Positions 38,633-52,000 of a stretch of 64,000 bases of DNA are shown here, one piece after another. Under the pieces are notes generated by a model, which was not told the origin of the DNA, ran no database searches, and was given only the letters and a program-made list of their open reading frames with translations. Every line of letters starts with the position of its first letter. Within the stretch, counting starts at the first letter, position 1. Origin of the DNA: Eledone cirrhosa (lineage: Eukaryota); NCBI GenBank assembly GCA_964016885.1, contig OZ024741.1, positions 22,940,001 through 23,004,000 of the forward strand, read 5' to 3'. The position numbers were made by a program, and so were the translations under genes.

Positions 38633-38699
38633 TATTTTATCTGATGAGGACGTACTATTGAAGTTAACTCAGTACCTCTGAAATATGTATAATAAAATA
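38633..38699 (+). ncRNA. minimal type-I hammerhead ribozyme (PLE-type)
   Basis: TATTTTAT-CTGATGA-GGACGTACT...AGTACCTCT-GAA-ATATGTAT-A-ATAAAATA: 8-bp stem I, intact core, self-complementary stem III. Confidence 0.78.
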
Positions 38700-38739
38700 T
38701 ACTTGATCACAAGAATATCTATTTTGTTAATATTTTGAA

Positions 38740-38799
<60 letters not shown>

Positions 38800-39600
38800 G
38801 TAATTAGGAATATTCCAAAGCTTGGTAGAACAAGTTGTGAGGAAAGTTATCAACATACGTTAAGGTGACTCAACAGGTTGGTAGGGATTCTGTGGTGGAA
38901 ACACGAACAAACGAGGAGTGTAATCAAAAAAGAGAAACAGGACGAAGGTAAACAGTTACAAAAGGATTTAATCCACGTATTAACAATTGTTTCATCAGAA
39001 TTTCAGTCCATTATTGCTACACTATGTCATAATAGGCAATCAAGAAAGATACTGTGACATCCGAATTTTCAAAATACAAAGTTGAAATGACCTTAGGAAA
39101 TGAAATAAGGGGTAGTAGTGTAAAATAGAGGAACAGAGAGAGAGAGGGACAAAAGAGAGGGAGAGAGAGAGAGAGAGAAAAGGGACGGAGGTAGGGAGAG
39201 AAAGAGAAAGAGAATGGGTGGTGTGAGAGGATTTGTATAGAATATAGTTAAGTTACAAGAAGGGAGGGGAGGAGGATTGTGTGCTAAAAGTTGTGATGAG
39301 TAGAGGGAGAGATAAGGAAGATAGAATTTTAAGTGGCAGTTGGTAGTGGACAGGCAAAAGTTTTACCAGAGAATAGATGAAGGAAGAAAGTATTAAATTT
39401 CATATATAGTCTATTTTTAGGAGTGTAGAATTGTTATTTAGGGTAGAAAAGTAGTGTTAAGATTTAGTTGAAGGTTTGAAGTGTGAGAATTTCGCTTTCA
39501 GTTTATGCTGGCAAAAGATTGACCTTTCAATTTTGTTGTTGAGTAGTTGGTGGCCTGAGCTTAGGATATGGAAGAGCTCATTATTACACAACGGGCACTT
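38800..39600 (-). mobile_element. Penelope-like 3' fragment (GIY-YIG tail, 3' UTR and decayed hammerhead at 38977-39077)
   Basis: The minus strand near 39470-39598 reads CPLCNNELFHILSSGHQLLNNKIERSIFCQHKLK. Confidence 0.7.
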
Positions 39601-40095
39601 TAATATACACTTTAGAAATTAATATATAAATTAATTTTAATTTAGTTAACCTATAATTAATATTCTACTACAGATGGATTACAAAATTCTGCTTTAAATA
39701 TTAAAAACCTAATTAATATACACTTTAGAAATTAATATATAAACTATTTTTAATTTAGTTAACCTATAATTAATATTCTACTACTGATGAACTACATAAT
39801 TTGGCTTTCCTTCTTACAAATATAATTTCCTAAAACTGATACCATTAAGTAAACATATGTAATTATTTTTAATTTAGTTAACCTATAATTAATATTCTAC
39901 TACTGATGAACTACATAATTCTGCTTTAAATATTATAAACCTAATTAATATACACCTTAGAAATTAATATATAAACTATTTTTATTTTTATTTTAGTTAA
40001 CCTATAATTAATATTCTACTAATGATGAACTACATAATTTGGCTTTCCTTCTTACAAATATCATTTCCTAAAACTGATACCATTAAGTAAACATG
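39600..40095. repeat. AT-rich imperfect tandem repeat (core AATTTAGTTAACCTATAATTAATATTCTACTAC, 4 copies)
   Basis: Core repeats at ~39640, 39752, 39870 and 39991. Confidence 0.85.
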
Positions 40096-40320
40096 TATAA
40101 TGCTTTAACTTCAGGTTATGACTCTATGTTCCTTGAAACCTATATATATTTACTATTTCCCACTAATAAATTTAACCCCCCCCCCCAATAAAAATATATG
40201 TATATGTAAGTGTGGATGTGTGTGTATATAAGTATGTATGTATGTATGTGTGTATGTGAATGTAAAAATATATATATATATGTATATATGTATATATATA
40301 TATATATGTGTATATGTGTA

Positions 40321-40369
<49 letters not shown>

Positions 40370-40450
40370 GTCTGTGTGTGTGTGCGTGTATGTATATGTA
40401 CATGTGTATATATATATATATGGGTATATATTTGTGTCTGTATGTGTATG

Positions 40451-40499
<49 letters not shown>

Positions 40500-41279
40500 A
40501 TGTGTGTGTGTATGTATGTATATATATGTATATATATATATATATATCATTTTTATATTCTTTTAATCTCCCCTCATCCTTAACAGCACTTTTCAACTGC
40601 ATCTAACTCTTATTTATCATATCTATATGTATTAGTGTAATTTTATCAATATAAATATACCCATCAATTTAATTAATTTTATATCCTTTTCATAGATGTA
40701 TTTTTTTCACTAACATCCTTATCTTAAAACTCTGGTCACCTTAGATATTTGTATTGGCATTACTATTTTATAACAGCAACTGCTTGTATACCTTGTACTG
40801 ACCACCTGACCTAGTTTCACCCTTAAAATAAGTTTCAATTACTACTATTTTACCATTTAGCCAATTATTAACTTTCTATTGGTTAATTCTAAACCTCTTA
40901 CCAAACAGACAGAATATATTTGATCTTTGTTGGTTTTATTCAATGAACAAATAAAATTATTTCTGAGGTCAACATATGACCTACTTCTTCCCTAAAGTAA
41001 TCCATTATTATATTGGATCTTTGTTTGGTTTTATTCAATGAACAAATAAAATTATTTCTGAGGTCAACATATGACCTACTTCTTCCCTAAAGTAATCCTT
41101 CATTCATAATACTCTTTTCCATCCAAAACTGAAATCTACCTTCCTCTACCCATAATTTAAGGTTCTACTAATTCTATATCACTATCTTGACCCTCACTAT
41201 CTCCTGATTGGTCAATTCAAAACCTGTTCCCAAACAGACCTATTGTATTGAATCTTTGTTCTTATCAATAAACAAGTCT

Positions 41280-41877
41280 CGGTAGATTGGCAGTATCGGT
41301 AGAGAGTCGGACGCCATGCTTTCTAGCATAGTTACGTCCCTTTACGATCTGAGTTCAAATCCCGCCGAGGTTGACTTAGCCTTTCACCCTTACGAGGTCG
41401 ATAAAATAAAGTACCAGTAATGCACTGGGTAATTGCTGGCCTTGTGCCTAAAGTAGAAACAATTATTTCTGAAGACAGCGGTGGATTGGCAGTATCGGTA
41501 GAGAGTCGGACGCCATGCTTTCCAGCATAGTTACACCCCTTTACGATCTGAGTTCAAATCCCGCCGGGGTTGACTTTGCCTTTCATCCTTACGGGGTCGA
41601 TAAAATAAAGTACCAGTAATGCACTGGTTAATTGCTGGCCTTGTGCCTAAAGTAGAAACAATTATTTCTGAAGACAGCGGTCAGTTGGCAGTATCGGTAG
41701 TGTGTCGGACATGCTTTCCAGCATAGTTACGTCCCTTTACGATCTGAGTTCAAATCCCGCCGAGGTTAACTTTGCCTTTCATCCTTACAGGGTCGATAAA
41801 ATAAAGTACCAGTAATGTACTGGAACAATTGCTGGCCTTGTGCCAAAAGTAGAAACAATTATTTCTGAAGACAGCAT
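41280..41877 (+). mobile_element. three head-to-tail family-A tRNA-derived SINEs (~197-bp period)
   Basis: Each has TTGGCAGTATCGGTAG, GAGTTCAAATCCCGCC and tail GTAGAAACAATTATTTCTGAAGACAGC. Confidence 0.92.
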
Positions 41878-42184
41878 ATATATGTGTAGGTATGTATATT
41901 CCCTCTGATAGTTTGTATAAATATTGTACATAGATCTATAGAATATGCATACTAACTCTAACACATATATATCCTAGAAACGATCGTAAAATAATGAATT
42001 TTTTTTAATATAAGGAACTGTTTCTTTGTTTATTCATTATTTTTTTAATAATTTATCTTGACTCTGTTTTCCGTTTATTTTTCACCGAAAGTAGTTTTTG
42101 AATGCATCTTCTCTTTTCATGATATCCGGATTACATTGAGTTCTTCATATGGATTGGACACCACCGTAAACTTTTGGTAGATTT

Positions 42185-42231
<47 letters not shown>

Positions 42232-42452
42232 TGGTTTCTTATATAGGCACAAGGCCAGTAATTTGGGGGGAGGGGAAAGTCGATTAAATCGACCCCAGTG
42301 CGTGACTGGTACTTTATTTTATCGACCCCATAAGGATGAAAGGCAAAGTTAACCTCGTCGGCGGGATTTGAACTCAGATCATGAAGAACCGTAACTCTAT
42401 GCTGCAAAGCATGGCGTCCGACCCTCTACCGATACTGCCAATCTTTCTCTGC
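42232..42452 (-). mobile_element. family-A SINE just upstream of the GRHPR start; further copies at ~44185-44305(+), 46470-46670(-) and 48295-48440(+)
   Basis: Reverse complement of the SINE consensus. Confidence 0.85.
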
Positions 42453-42638
42453 GGGTTTATATATATATATATACAATCCTTATTGAGCCCTCTTCGGATT
42501 TTGGTCTTCGTAATTATTATTACTACATATATATCATCCAAATAATGTTCAATATATTTTCAGAAGCCGAACAAGTTATCCTCCAGGGTTAAACAGTATT
42601 TAATAATTGTAGGGAGACTGTGTAAGTATAAATATATT

Positions 42639-42972
42639 ATGATCCGTTATCAGCTGTTGTTCCATCAAACTGCTGCCTTTTGTCTGCGATCTGTGAACAT
42701 TAGCAGTTGTTATCAGCGACTACTGCCAACATATTCCACCGTACGTCACACTAGTACCACTGTAATGTCTAGTAAAGGTAGTAAAGTTTATATTACAAGC
42801 TTAATTCCTCAGAAAGGGATTACCTTATTGAAAGAAGCCGGCTGTGTAATATCACAATGGCCCAAGGAAGAAGGTGTACCTCGAGAACAATTTCTAAAAG
42901 ATGTTGCTGGTGTTGATGCTTTGTATTGCACCTTATGTCAAAAGATCGACAAAGAACTCCTCGATGCTGCTG
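42639..42972 (+). CDS. GRHPR: glyoxylate reductase/hydroxypyruvate reductase exon 1 (second in-frame ATG at 42765)
   Basis: KVYITSLIPQKG...VAGVDALYCTLCQKIDKELLDAAG; donor G|gtaat. Confidence 0.9.
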
Positions 42973-44919
42973 GTAATGTACACATCTATTTTTTCATCTG
43001 TAAATGTGATAGAAAGTGGATAATATCTTTCGCAAAGAAGCTATTTTGTTTACGATATATTATATTTTTATCAATATAATTTGTTTTTAGGTAACAATCT
43101 GTTATAATACAGTTGCTTTAATAAAACTAACGAACCCTTCCCTGAGTCTTTCACATTTTTTCGAAAAGGATAATTAGTTTTAGCAATTTTGTTCTTAGAC
43201 ATTTAAAAGATCGTCTTTTCATTTCTTTAATTTAAAAACAGCTCTTTTATAGACACAGATCCTTAAAGACAGTGGACATCTTATAGCCCGACCACGTATT
43301 ATATAAGGACAGTAATATGTTGCCACTCAGTTTGACTTGATAGTTGGCATATAATATGTGGAGTTTTATTATGAATATTATTTACACAATAAAGAAATCA
43401 ATTATCGAAACGAAGATGTGTAAATGATTTGTAAAATGGTGAAATCAGAGAGAGAAAGATGAAAGAGTGGGTGGGGACCAACAAATCACGGTATTTCAGT
43501 AGTTTAGTTGACGAGGTCTAACCTGGTTGTATTCCGTAAATAAATTTAGTTTAGTTATATACTTCCTTTAATCAGTGTTACGTAAAACTTGTTATTATCA
43601 TATAATAAATATATAAGATTAAATAGAAATACATACATATAATCAGTTAATTGTTGCTGGGGACCTTATAAATATTATACACAATCAAAGCGAGAAAAAT
43701 AATTTAAATGTTAATGTTTTTGTTAGCAGTTGTTTGTGTGTTGTTATTTATATTGGAGACAGCAGGATTGTTAAGGATTGATGATCTGACCCTTAGGTTA
43801 GGGGCAATTATCTGATTTTGGACGTCTCAATTAGCGATTATTTTGTCCCGTCTCACATCGTAGATGCTAGGGCCTAAGTAGGGGTCACTGCATCCGTAGT
43901 TGAACGGAAGGAAATTCTGAAATACCGGTATTTATCTGTGAATTACATTTTTCACAATATGGCTGCTCTCCTTACTGAAGTATCAGGTGATGCTTGTGAG
44001 GGTGCTTAGTTAATCTCACAACTGTAATAATATTATGACTGTCTTCACTTGTCTCAAACAATTATAGAAAGCAACACCAACCTTCTCTCTCTGTAATTGA
44101 ATGTCTTTTTATATTGATTTCTTCCTTTCGACAATAATTGTGCTTTCGTTATGTAAGCATTGTATTATATTTCGGTGGTTTGGCTGAGTTCAAATCCCAC
44201 CGAGGTTAACTTTGCCTTTCATCCTTACGGGGTCGATAAAATAAAGTACCAGTAATGTACTAGGGATAATTGCTGGCCTTGTGCCCAAAGTAGAAACAAT
44301 TATTATATTTCTTTTTTATACAACTGTGAATAAAATATAACTCTAATGTGTAATTAAAAACGCACAGCTTGCTTGTTGAATAAGATTTTGTCAAATAAGA
44401 TATTTTTATTGCAAACATTTTGTTTAATAAATATCATATACTGGACTAAAATATAACCACAGTGTGCATTGTTTATAATTATTACAGATTGAAAATATAA
44501 ACACATATAATAAATACAATTAATTATTGCTAGGAACCTCACAAATATATTTATTGCACAAAAATATACGATCAAATCGAGAGAAATAAGCAAACAAAAA
44601 TACCCATCAATTCACCACCTAACAATCGGTCACACACCACAAGGGTTAACAGAATATTTTGAGGCAAGCCAACAATCTCGCAGCATTATTGTGGGTGATG
44701 GCGAGGCTAAGGCACTGGTTGGTGTTGCTTGGGGATCTAGCCGGATCAGTTGGAGATAGTTGCCTCTGACAGGACCTGCCGGAAGGAGTGTTTAAGGTCT
44801 CTGCTCCCACGACCCCTTCAAGAATAAGTGGAAGAAGATATTTCATAGAAAGTTTACCATATTTCTAAATTTCCTGATTATTATTATTAATGTTCTAAAA
44901 AGCAGTGACAAGTTGTTAC

Positions 44920-45110
44920 ATCATCATCATCGTTTAACGTCCATTTTCCACGCTAGCATGGGTCTGGAAGGGAATTGTCCCACTTGAGGCAAGATTGGTT
45001 GTCTTGCTCAGGACTGTCTGGCGGGTTTTCTACCGCTGGATGCCCTTCCTAACACCAACGACGTTTACAGTGTGGACTGGGAGGTTTTTACCGTGTTACC
45101 TACACGGCCA
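44920..45110 (-). mobile_element. short 3'-terminal RTE fragment with (GAT)n tail
   Basis: Closely matches 49023-49220. Confidence 0.8.
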
Positions 45111-46783
45111 CATATATTAATATTTTAATATTTAATGTCGACCGTACTTGTAGAACATGTAGATTATTTTAGGAGAGAGGGAGAGAGTGTGTAAAATGGG
45201 CTGTTGAGTATGAAAGACATTTTTTTTATAGTAATCACTGACAGATTTAAAAAATAGTTTCTGAAATAGCAGCAAATAAACTGTGGAATTGGCAGAGTTG
45301 CGTCCCTTTGTATACTGAGTTAAAATCCATCCAGAGTCGACTTTACTTTTCCAATACTGTGGTTCATTTAATTGATTCGTCTCTGTCCTCAAATATGTGA
45401 CATGTGACCTTTTACCTATTTTTTTTAAATGTATTTTCTGTTAACTCCCTTAGAGGGACATGGAGGCAGATTCCTCAAACACTCGTTCCAGTGGGTCCTG
45501 TCAGAAGCAACCATCTCCAACTAACTGATCTGGATGGACCCCCAAGCAACACCAACCAAATTTATTTTTCCTCTTTTCTGCAGTTTATTTGTTGAGTTTT
45601 TCATTGATATTGAATAGTTGTTCTTGCAAACTAAGACTACATAATAAGTCCTTAGGTGTCACATTTCTTAATGTCCTGTACTGCATGATACCACATTAAT
45701 AAGACACTTTTTAAAAAGTATAAAACAGTACTATGGCTGCATCACATCAAACATTCAAGTCTTTACCCTACTGTAAATTTTCACAACAATCTCTACACCA
45801 TTAAAGATGCTACAAACATTTGAATTATCAAAAATATTCAAAGATATTTTCTGTTAAATCACTACACAATGATAAAAGTTAATGCTGTGTTTAGGACTGA
45901 CCAGTTACTTCTTTGTCCATTTAGTCCTGAGTCCATCACGGGGGTGGAGTCCTCAAACACTCCTCCCAGCGGGTCTTGCCGGATGGATCCCCAAGCAAGA
46001 CCAGCCAAGTTCATGGATGTTATCCAACCATCTTGCTTGAGGTCCCTTGGGTCTCCTGCTGGTTGGTTTTGCTTGTATATTCTGTCTAACGATTCTTTCC
46101 TGAGACATTCTAACCACATGCCCATAGTATAGGAGCTGTGATCTCTCTATTTGGAGAAGTAGCAGCTCTACCTGGAGCAACTCTCCAGTGATTCTTTCCT
46201 GAGAGATTCTAACCACATTGCCATAGTATAAGAGCTGTGATCTCTCAATTGGAGAAGTAATAGCTCTACCTGGAGCAACTCTCCAGTGATTCTTTCTTGA
46301 GACATTGTTACCCCATGCCCATAATATTGGAGCTGTGATCTCTCAATTTGGAGAAGTAGCAGTTCTACTTGGAGTGACTCCAGTGATTCTTTCCTGAGAC
46401 ATTCAAACCACATACCCATAATATCAGAGTTGTGAACTCTCAATTCGGAAATGTAGCAGTCATCTAATGATTTCTAATTTAGGCACAAAGCCAGCAATTT
46501 ATAAGGATAGGAAAGTTGATTAGATCGACCTAGTATTTTACTGGTACTATATTTTATCGACCTCAGAAGAATGAAAGGCAAAGTTCACTTCGAAAGGATT
46601 TAAATTCAGAATATAGAAAGTCTTAACTAAATACCACAAACAATTTTGTCTGATTCTCTACCGATTCTGCTAATAACGACAAACTTGGCTTATATTACTA
46701 AAGCCCTCCAAATTCTTCACTGCTTTTTATTCACACACATATCTAAAGGTGTCAGGTGAAAACAGTATCAATTTCCATTGCAG

Positions 46784-46954
46784 GTCCTCAGTTGAAAGTA
46801 GTATCAACTCTATCTGTTGGCTATGATCACATTGATGTAACTGAATGTGTTAAACGTAAGATTCGTCTTGGAAATACTCCAGATGTTTTAACAAAAGCCA
46901 CAGCAGAACTGGGGATGGCTTTGCTCTTGACAGTTTCTAGGAATATAGAGAAAG
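46784..46954 (+). CDS. GRHPR: GRHPR exon 2 (GPQLKVVSTLSVGYDHID...LGNTPDVLTKATAELGMALLLTVSRNIEK)
   Basis: ttgcag acceptor and gtaagt donor; phase 1-1; SVGYDHID and NTPDVLT motifs. Confidence 0.95.
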
Positions 46955-47938
46955 GTAAGTTATTTATTTTGTTTTATTTTCTCATAAATCTAATTTTAAA
47001 TTGTAACTAAGTTTTGATCTGTTTCATCATCTACTCTTGGGTCTCAAATACCCCCCCCCCCCCCCCACACACACACACTTCCCTCCCACTGCTTATTAAA
47101 TTTTACTAATCTATCTCTGGCAAAATTTTATTTTAAGTGGTAGCATTCCTGTAACAATTAATTTTCTTTAGACATTAAAAAAAGTACATTACTAGAAATC
47201 CCATACATTATAAAATAAATAAGATGGGTTGGGGTCTCAATATGTAAACTAAATAACTAATTCTGGTTTTTGAAAAAATAAACGGAGACCACCTATAACC
47301 CCCCCTCTCCCCCTTCTTATTCCACCCACCCCCATTATTTGGGACCTGAGAGTATATGCATTAAAAACATGAATTTATTGTTTTTCACAGAAACAATCCC
47401 ATAATCAACGAGGGTTATCCAGGGTTTGGTTATTGCTAGTTGAACATTTTTCTCTGCTGAAAGTGTTGGACATTTCCCAGTTCCAATAACAAAATAGCCT
47501 GCTTATGATATTAACATACAAGTGGCTCATTATTCCACTGACACACCGTTAATATACTTCTCAGGGAGATTCAACATGATACAAGTTTGTCAGCTGGTTG
47601 GACTATAGCAACATAAAATAAAGTGTCTCGCTCAAGGACATAATGTACCACCAGAACTCGAGATCTTACGATTGTGAGTCAAACAGCCTAACCACTCAGC
47701 CACAAGACTTCATGGTGGCTTATAGTATATAAAGCTTGAATTTGATGATCACTTGTAACTGTTGTAACACAGTTCCATATTACTGGGACATTTGACATGG
47801 AGTTACTGGGTCTGTGATGTGTCTTTAGTAAAGACCCTTCATCTGTCTACTCTGTTATTTGTAAGTAAATGCTGTCAGTTTTGATGGTGAGTATATATAT
47901 CTTGTATATATCCTGTGTATATATATATATATATATGC

Positions 47939-47969
<31 letters not shown>

Positions 47970-49022
47970 GCTGTGTATATGTATATCATGTGAACGTATA
48001 TATCATGTATGTATATATCTTGTGTATGATATATATATATATCTTGTGTATATATATACCTGTATATGTATATATCTTGTGTATGTATATACCTATATAT
48101 GTAAAATTGAAGAATAACATGGTCGACAGTACCAACAAGGAAATTTATTTACCTATATATGTATATAGCCTGAGCTATCAGTTGTTTGAATTCTGTAAGT
48201 TCCATTGACCAATGTTCTGGTTCTTTTGATAATGGAACAACCAACTCTTGAAAATAACATCTGTAACAATACTATCCATGTTTCTTATAAGCAGTGAATT
48301 GGCAGTCATTAGGACATTGGATAGAATACTTTATAGTATTCGTTCTGGCTCTCTGCTCTCGGAGTTTGAATCCCACCGAGGTCAACTTCGCCTTTCATCT
48401 ATTCAAAGTCGATAAAAAAAAAGTACCAGTCAAGTACTGGGGTAGTTTCTTTCTCTCTATCTCACCCTATCCTTCTCTGGAAGAAATCTGCTGTAAACCA
48501 ACCTGGAGAGGATTGGGCTTCGCCAGGTTTTAAAATAAGTGTCCTAGAAACGCCATGTGTTAATACAGTACTCCCTAGGAGTTAGAGGGACCATGCATAC
48601 ATTCTTTATACTGGCTTGTCATCTTCACTGTTCATATGAAACAGTATTGCGGTAGGCTGTGATATTGTGGAATTGATGATGATGGTTTTGTTAGTTTGTA
48701 GTGCTGAGTTCATATATTCCCCTTGATAAAAACCACTCCATTAACATTACTGATGATAGCAAGGAATGTTGGAAGCTTAACATTTATTATTCTTACATCT
48801 CGTATGTTCTCATGATGAATTATATGTAGAACCCATGCTAAAAAAGGGGTTGAAAGGACTCTTCAGTTGTGTTAAAGACATGACAGCTTCTCTAGTGCTT
48901 GTGTCATGATACAATGCATGGTGCAGTCTGTAGCCCAAGCTCCAATTAACCCTTTCATGACCACATCCCTAATAAAATACCCTCTATTTCAATTGATTTA
49001 CTAAGTAACTTAATGTAAGGTT

Positions 49023-52000
49023 CATCATCATCGTTTAACGTACATGTTCCACGCTTGCATGGGTTTGGACGGGAGTTTTCCCACTTGAGGCAAGAGTGGT
49101 TGTCTTGCTCGCATAGGACTGTCTGGCGGGTTTTCTACAGCTGGATGCCCTTCCTAACACCAACCACATTTACAGTGTGGGACTGGGAGGTTTTTACCGT
49201 GTTGCCTACACAGCCACATTACAGCGTGGACTGTGTGTTTTTTGTCGTGACACCTACACGATCTCATTTGTTTCGGCCTGGATGTTGTGGCACCAACATA
49301 ACTTTACATTGAAAGGGGCGGTGTGGATGGGGTGGGGGTGGTGGGACGGGGGTGTATTTTGTTAGAGATGCCTACTGACTGTAGTAGGTTTTACTTTGTA
49401 TTTAGGTAAGGCAGGTCTTCTCTATTACTGAGTACCGCCAAAGGTCTCGGTCCAGTGACATTGTCTTGGAGAGGTGTAAGTGTGTGAGGTCGGAATTTAT
49501 CAGCTCGTCCCAGGTTTTCTGGGTCTGCCTACTCCGTGGCTACCATCTATCTTTATTGCCCTGCACTTTGTTATACAGCTGTCGTCTTTCATGCGCATCA
49601 CGTAACCATACCAACGTAGCCTTCTCTCGAGTAAACAACATCTGATCCCTCTTATTTCTAATTTTTTCCTTAGTTCGTTTATGCTTTGCCGTTCACGTAT
49701 ATTACTATTACACATCCAGCGGAGCATGCAAGCTTCGTTCCTCTCTAGTCTGCGTATATCTTCTGCACACAATGCCCAGGTCTCACTGCCATGCAACATT
49801 GCTGTTCGTATGCAGGCATCATACAACCTGCCTTTCATTTTTAGGGAGAACCCTTTAGCGGCTAATAGTGTTATAAGCTCTCTGAACTTTTTCCATCCAG
49901 TTCTGACTCTAGCTACTGTACTTTCAGAGCACCCTCCCCCACTGCTGATTTTTTCACCCAGGTAACGGAAGCTGTCCACTATTTCTATAGAACTCTCTGC
50001 GCAATTGAAAGAGCTAGTATTTTGTGGGCACTTGCTGCTACTTATTGCACCAGAGCACCGGCCACATGTAAAATCTGTGTTCTTAGTTAGCTTACCTGTG
50101 ATCCCACTACATCTTTTATGCACCCATACTTTGCATTTGGGACATAAAATGGAGTTTCTACCTACGCCTTTCCTACACACTGAGCATGGCCATTTCCCGG
50201 AAGGGACCGGCGCCTTATTTTCTTTCCTATAAACTAGAACTTTAGTCTTAGCCAGGTTAATTTTAAGGCCTTTTGATTCTAGGCCGTGCTTCCATGTTTG
50301 GAATTTCTTCTCTAGCTCGGCCATTGATTCAGCTATGAGCGTTAGATCATCTGCGTATAGGAGTTCCCATGGGCAGCCGGTCTTGAACTCCTCTGTTATA
50401 GCCTGAAGGACAATAATAAATAGTAGGGGGCTAAGAACAGAGCCCTGATGGACACCAACTTTTATGCTAAACTCTTCACTATATTCGTTGTTAATTCTAA
50501 CCTTGCTGACTGTTTCTTTATACATGGTTTGTATAGCTCTCACAAGCCATTCGTCAACACCTAGTTTTCTAAGAGCCCACCAGATAATGGAACGGGGGAC
50601 TTTGTCGAAGGCTTTCTCCAAGTCGACAAAAGCTAAGTATAGGGGTTTACTTTTAGCTAGGTACTTCTCCTGTAGTTGTCGTACAATGAAAAGAGCGTCT
50701 GTGGTACTTTTGCCTGACACAAACCCGAACTGCATTTCATCTAGATCAATTCTCTCTCTGATTAGTTGCGCTATTACTTTTTCCGTGACCTTCATGACCT
50801 GGTAGATTAATTTAATGCCTCTATAGTTACTCCTATCTAGGGCGTCTCCTTTACCCTTGTAACAGTTAACGATGATGCTGCTATGCCAGTCCTTCGGAAC
50901 AACCCCATTCTGTATGACTTGGTTTACTATCCGGGTGACCATGGTGTGTCCCACCGTTCCAGAGGCTTTCAGCATCTCAGCAACTATTTCCGAAGGCTCA
51001 GCCGCCTTACCCGTCTTCATATCTTTGATTGCCTTACTTATTATACTACCTTCGACTAACACTGCTGGTCCCCTCTATTGGGTCGATGTGGGGGAGACTG
51101 TCTTTCTCCCATTTATTCTCATTTGGTAGCCTTTCGTAGTGACACTTCCAAGCTACCTTCTTATCAGTGTCAGTGATGGCAAGTACGCCATCATCGTTAA
51201 GTACACACTTCTCCCCGACAATATCACAGTTTTCCTTGACACATTGCCTAGCAATCCTGAACACCTCACGTTTTTGGTCCTCACGTTGTAGAACATGCTT
51301 GAACTTTCTTTCCTCTGCTTCCCTTCTTGCAAAGTACACTTGTCTCCTAGCTTCTCTTCTGGCCACTTGATAGTCTTCTCTACTTCCCCCATCCCGCCAT
51401 GCTTTTTGGCCTCGATTGACCCCTCCACCTTACTGTTCCACCACCATGTTACTCTCCTCCTGCCTACAGGCCTGCTCCAGCCACAGACTTCGTCTGCCGC
51501 CATCAGCAGGTTTGCTTTCAGGAATTCCCACTGTTCCTCTACCTTGTACGACTCTAATTGCTCTTCCTTACTGTCGAAAGCATCAAGTAATATGCTTTGA
51601 AATTTATTTCTGGCTGTGGGATCCTTTAGCTTCCATATTTTTCTCTTGAGGATAGTCCTCTTCTGCTGTCTAGTACGTCTCGTCCTGACTATGAGGTCGC
51701 TAATTATCAGTCTATGTTGGGAGGTGCATTCTTCATGGGGGAGGGATTTACTGTTTACAACAGACACTCTGTCACGTCTTCTGGTAAGGATATAATCTAC
51801 CTGGCTGGTATGTTCCCCTGATCTGTAGGTGATCAAGTGATTGTCTCGTTTTTTGAAGTTAATGTTACAGATAGTTAGGTTGTTTGCATCACAGAATTCC
51901 AGGATTCTGGAGCCTTCCTCGTTTCTAGTACCAAACCCATAGCCTCCGTGGATTCCGTCATAGCCATCACAATGTTGTCCAACGTGGCCATTTAGGTCGC

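Noticed and set aside
40140-40606. YI/HT/VC-rich ORFs here and at ~25.3, 27.8, 33.4 and 47.9 kb
   Set aside because: Translations of (TA)n and (CA)n microsatellites.
41280-41877. tRNA genes
   Set aside because: A/B boxes are present but there is no cloverleaf; these are SINE heads.
43775-43822. TGATGA...CTGA in GRHPR intron 1 as a C/D snoRNA or hammerhead
   Set aside because: Too short for a snoRNA, and the hammerhead core is imperfect (TTGATGA, GCAA) with no stem I.
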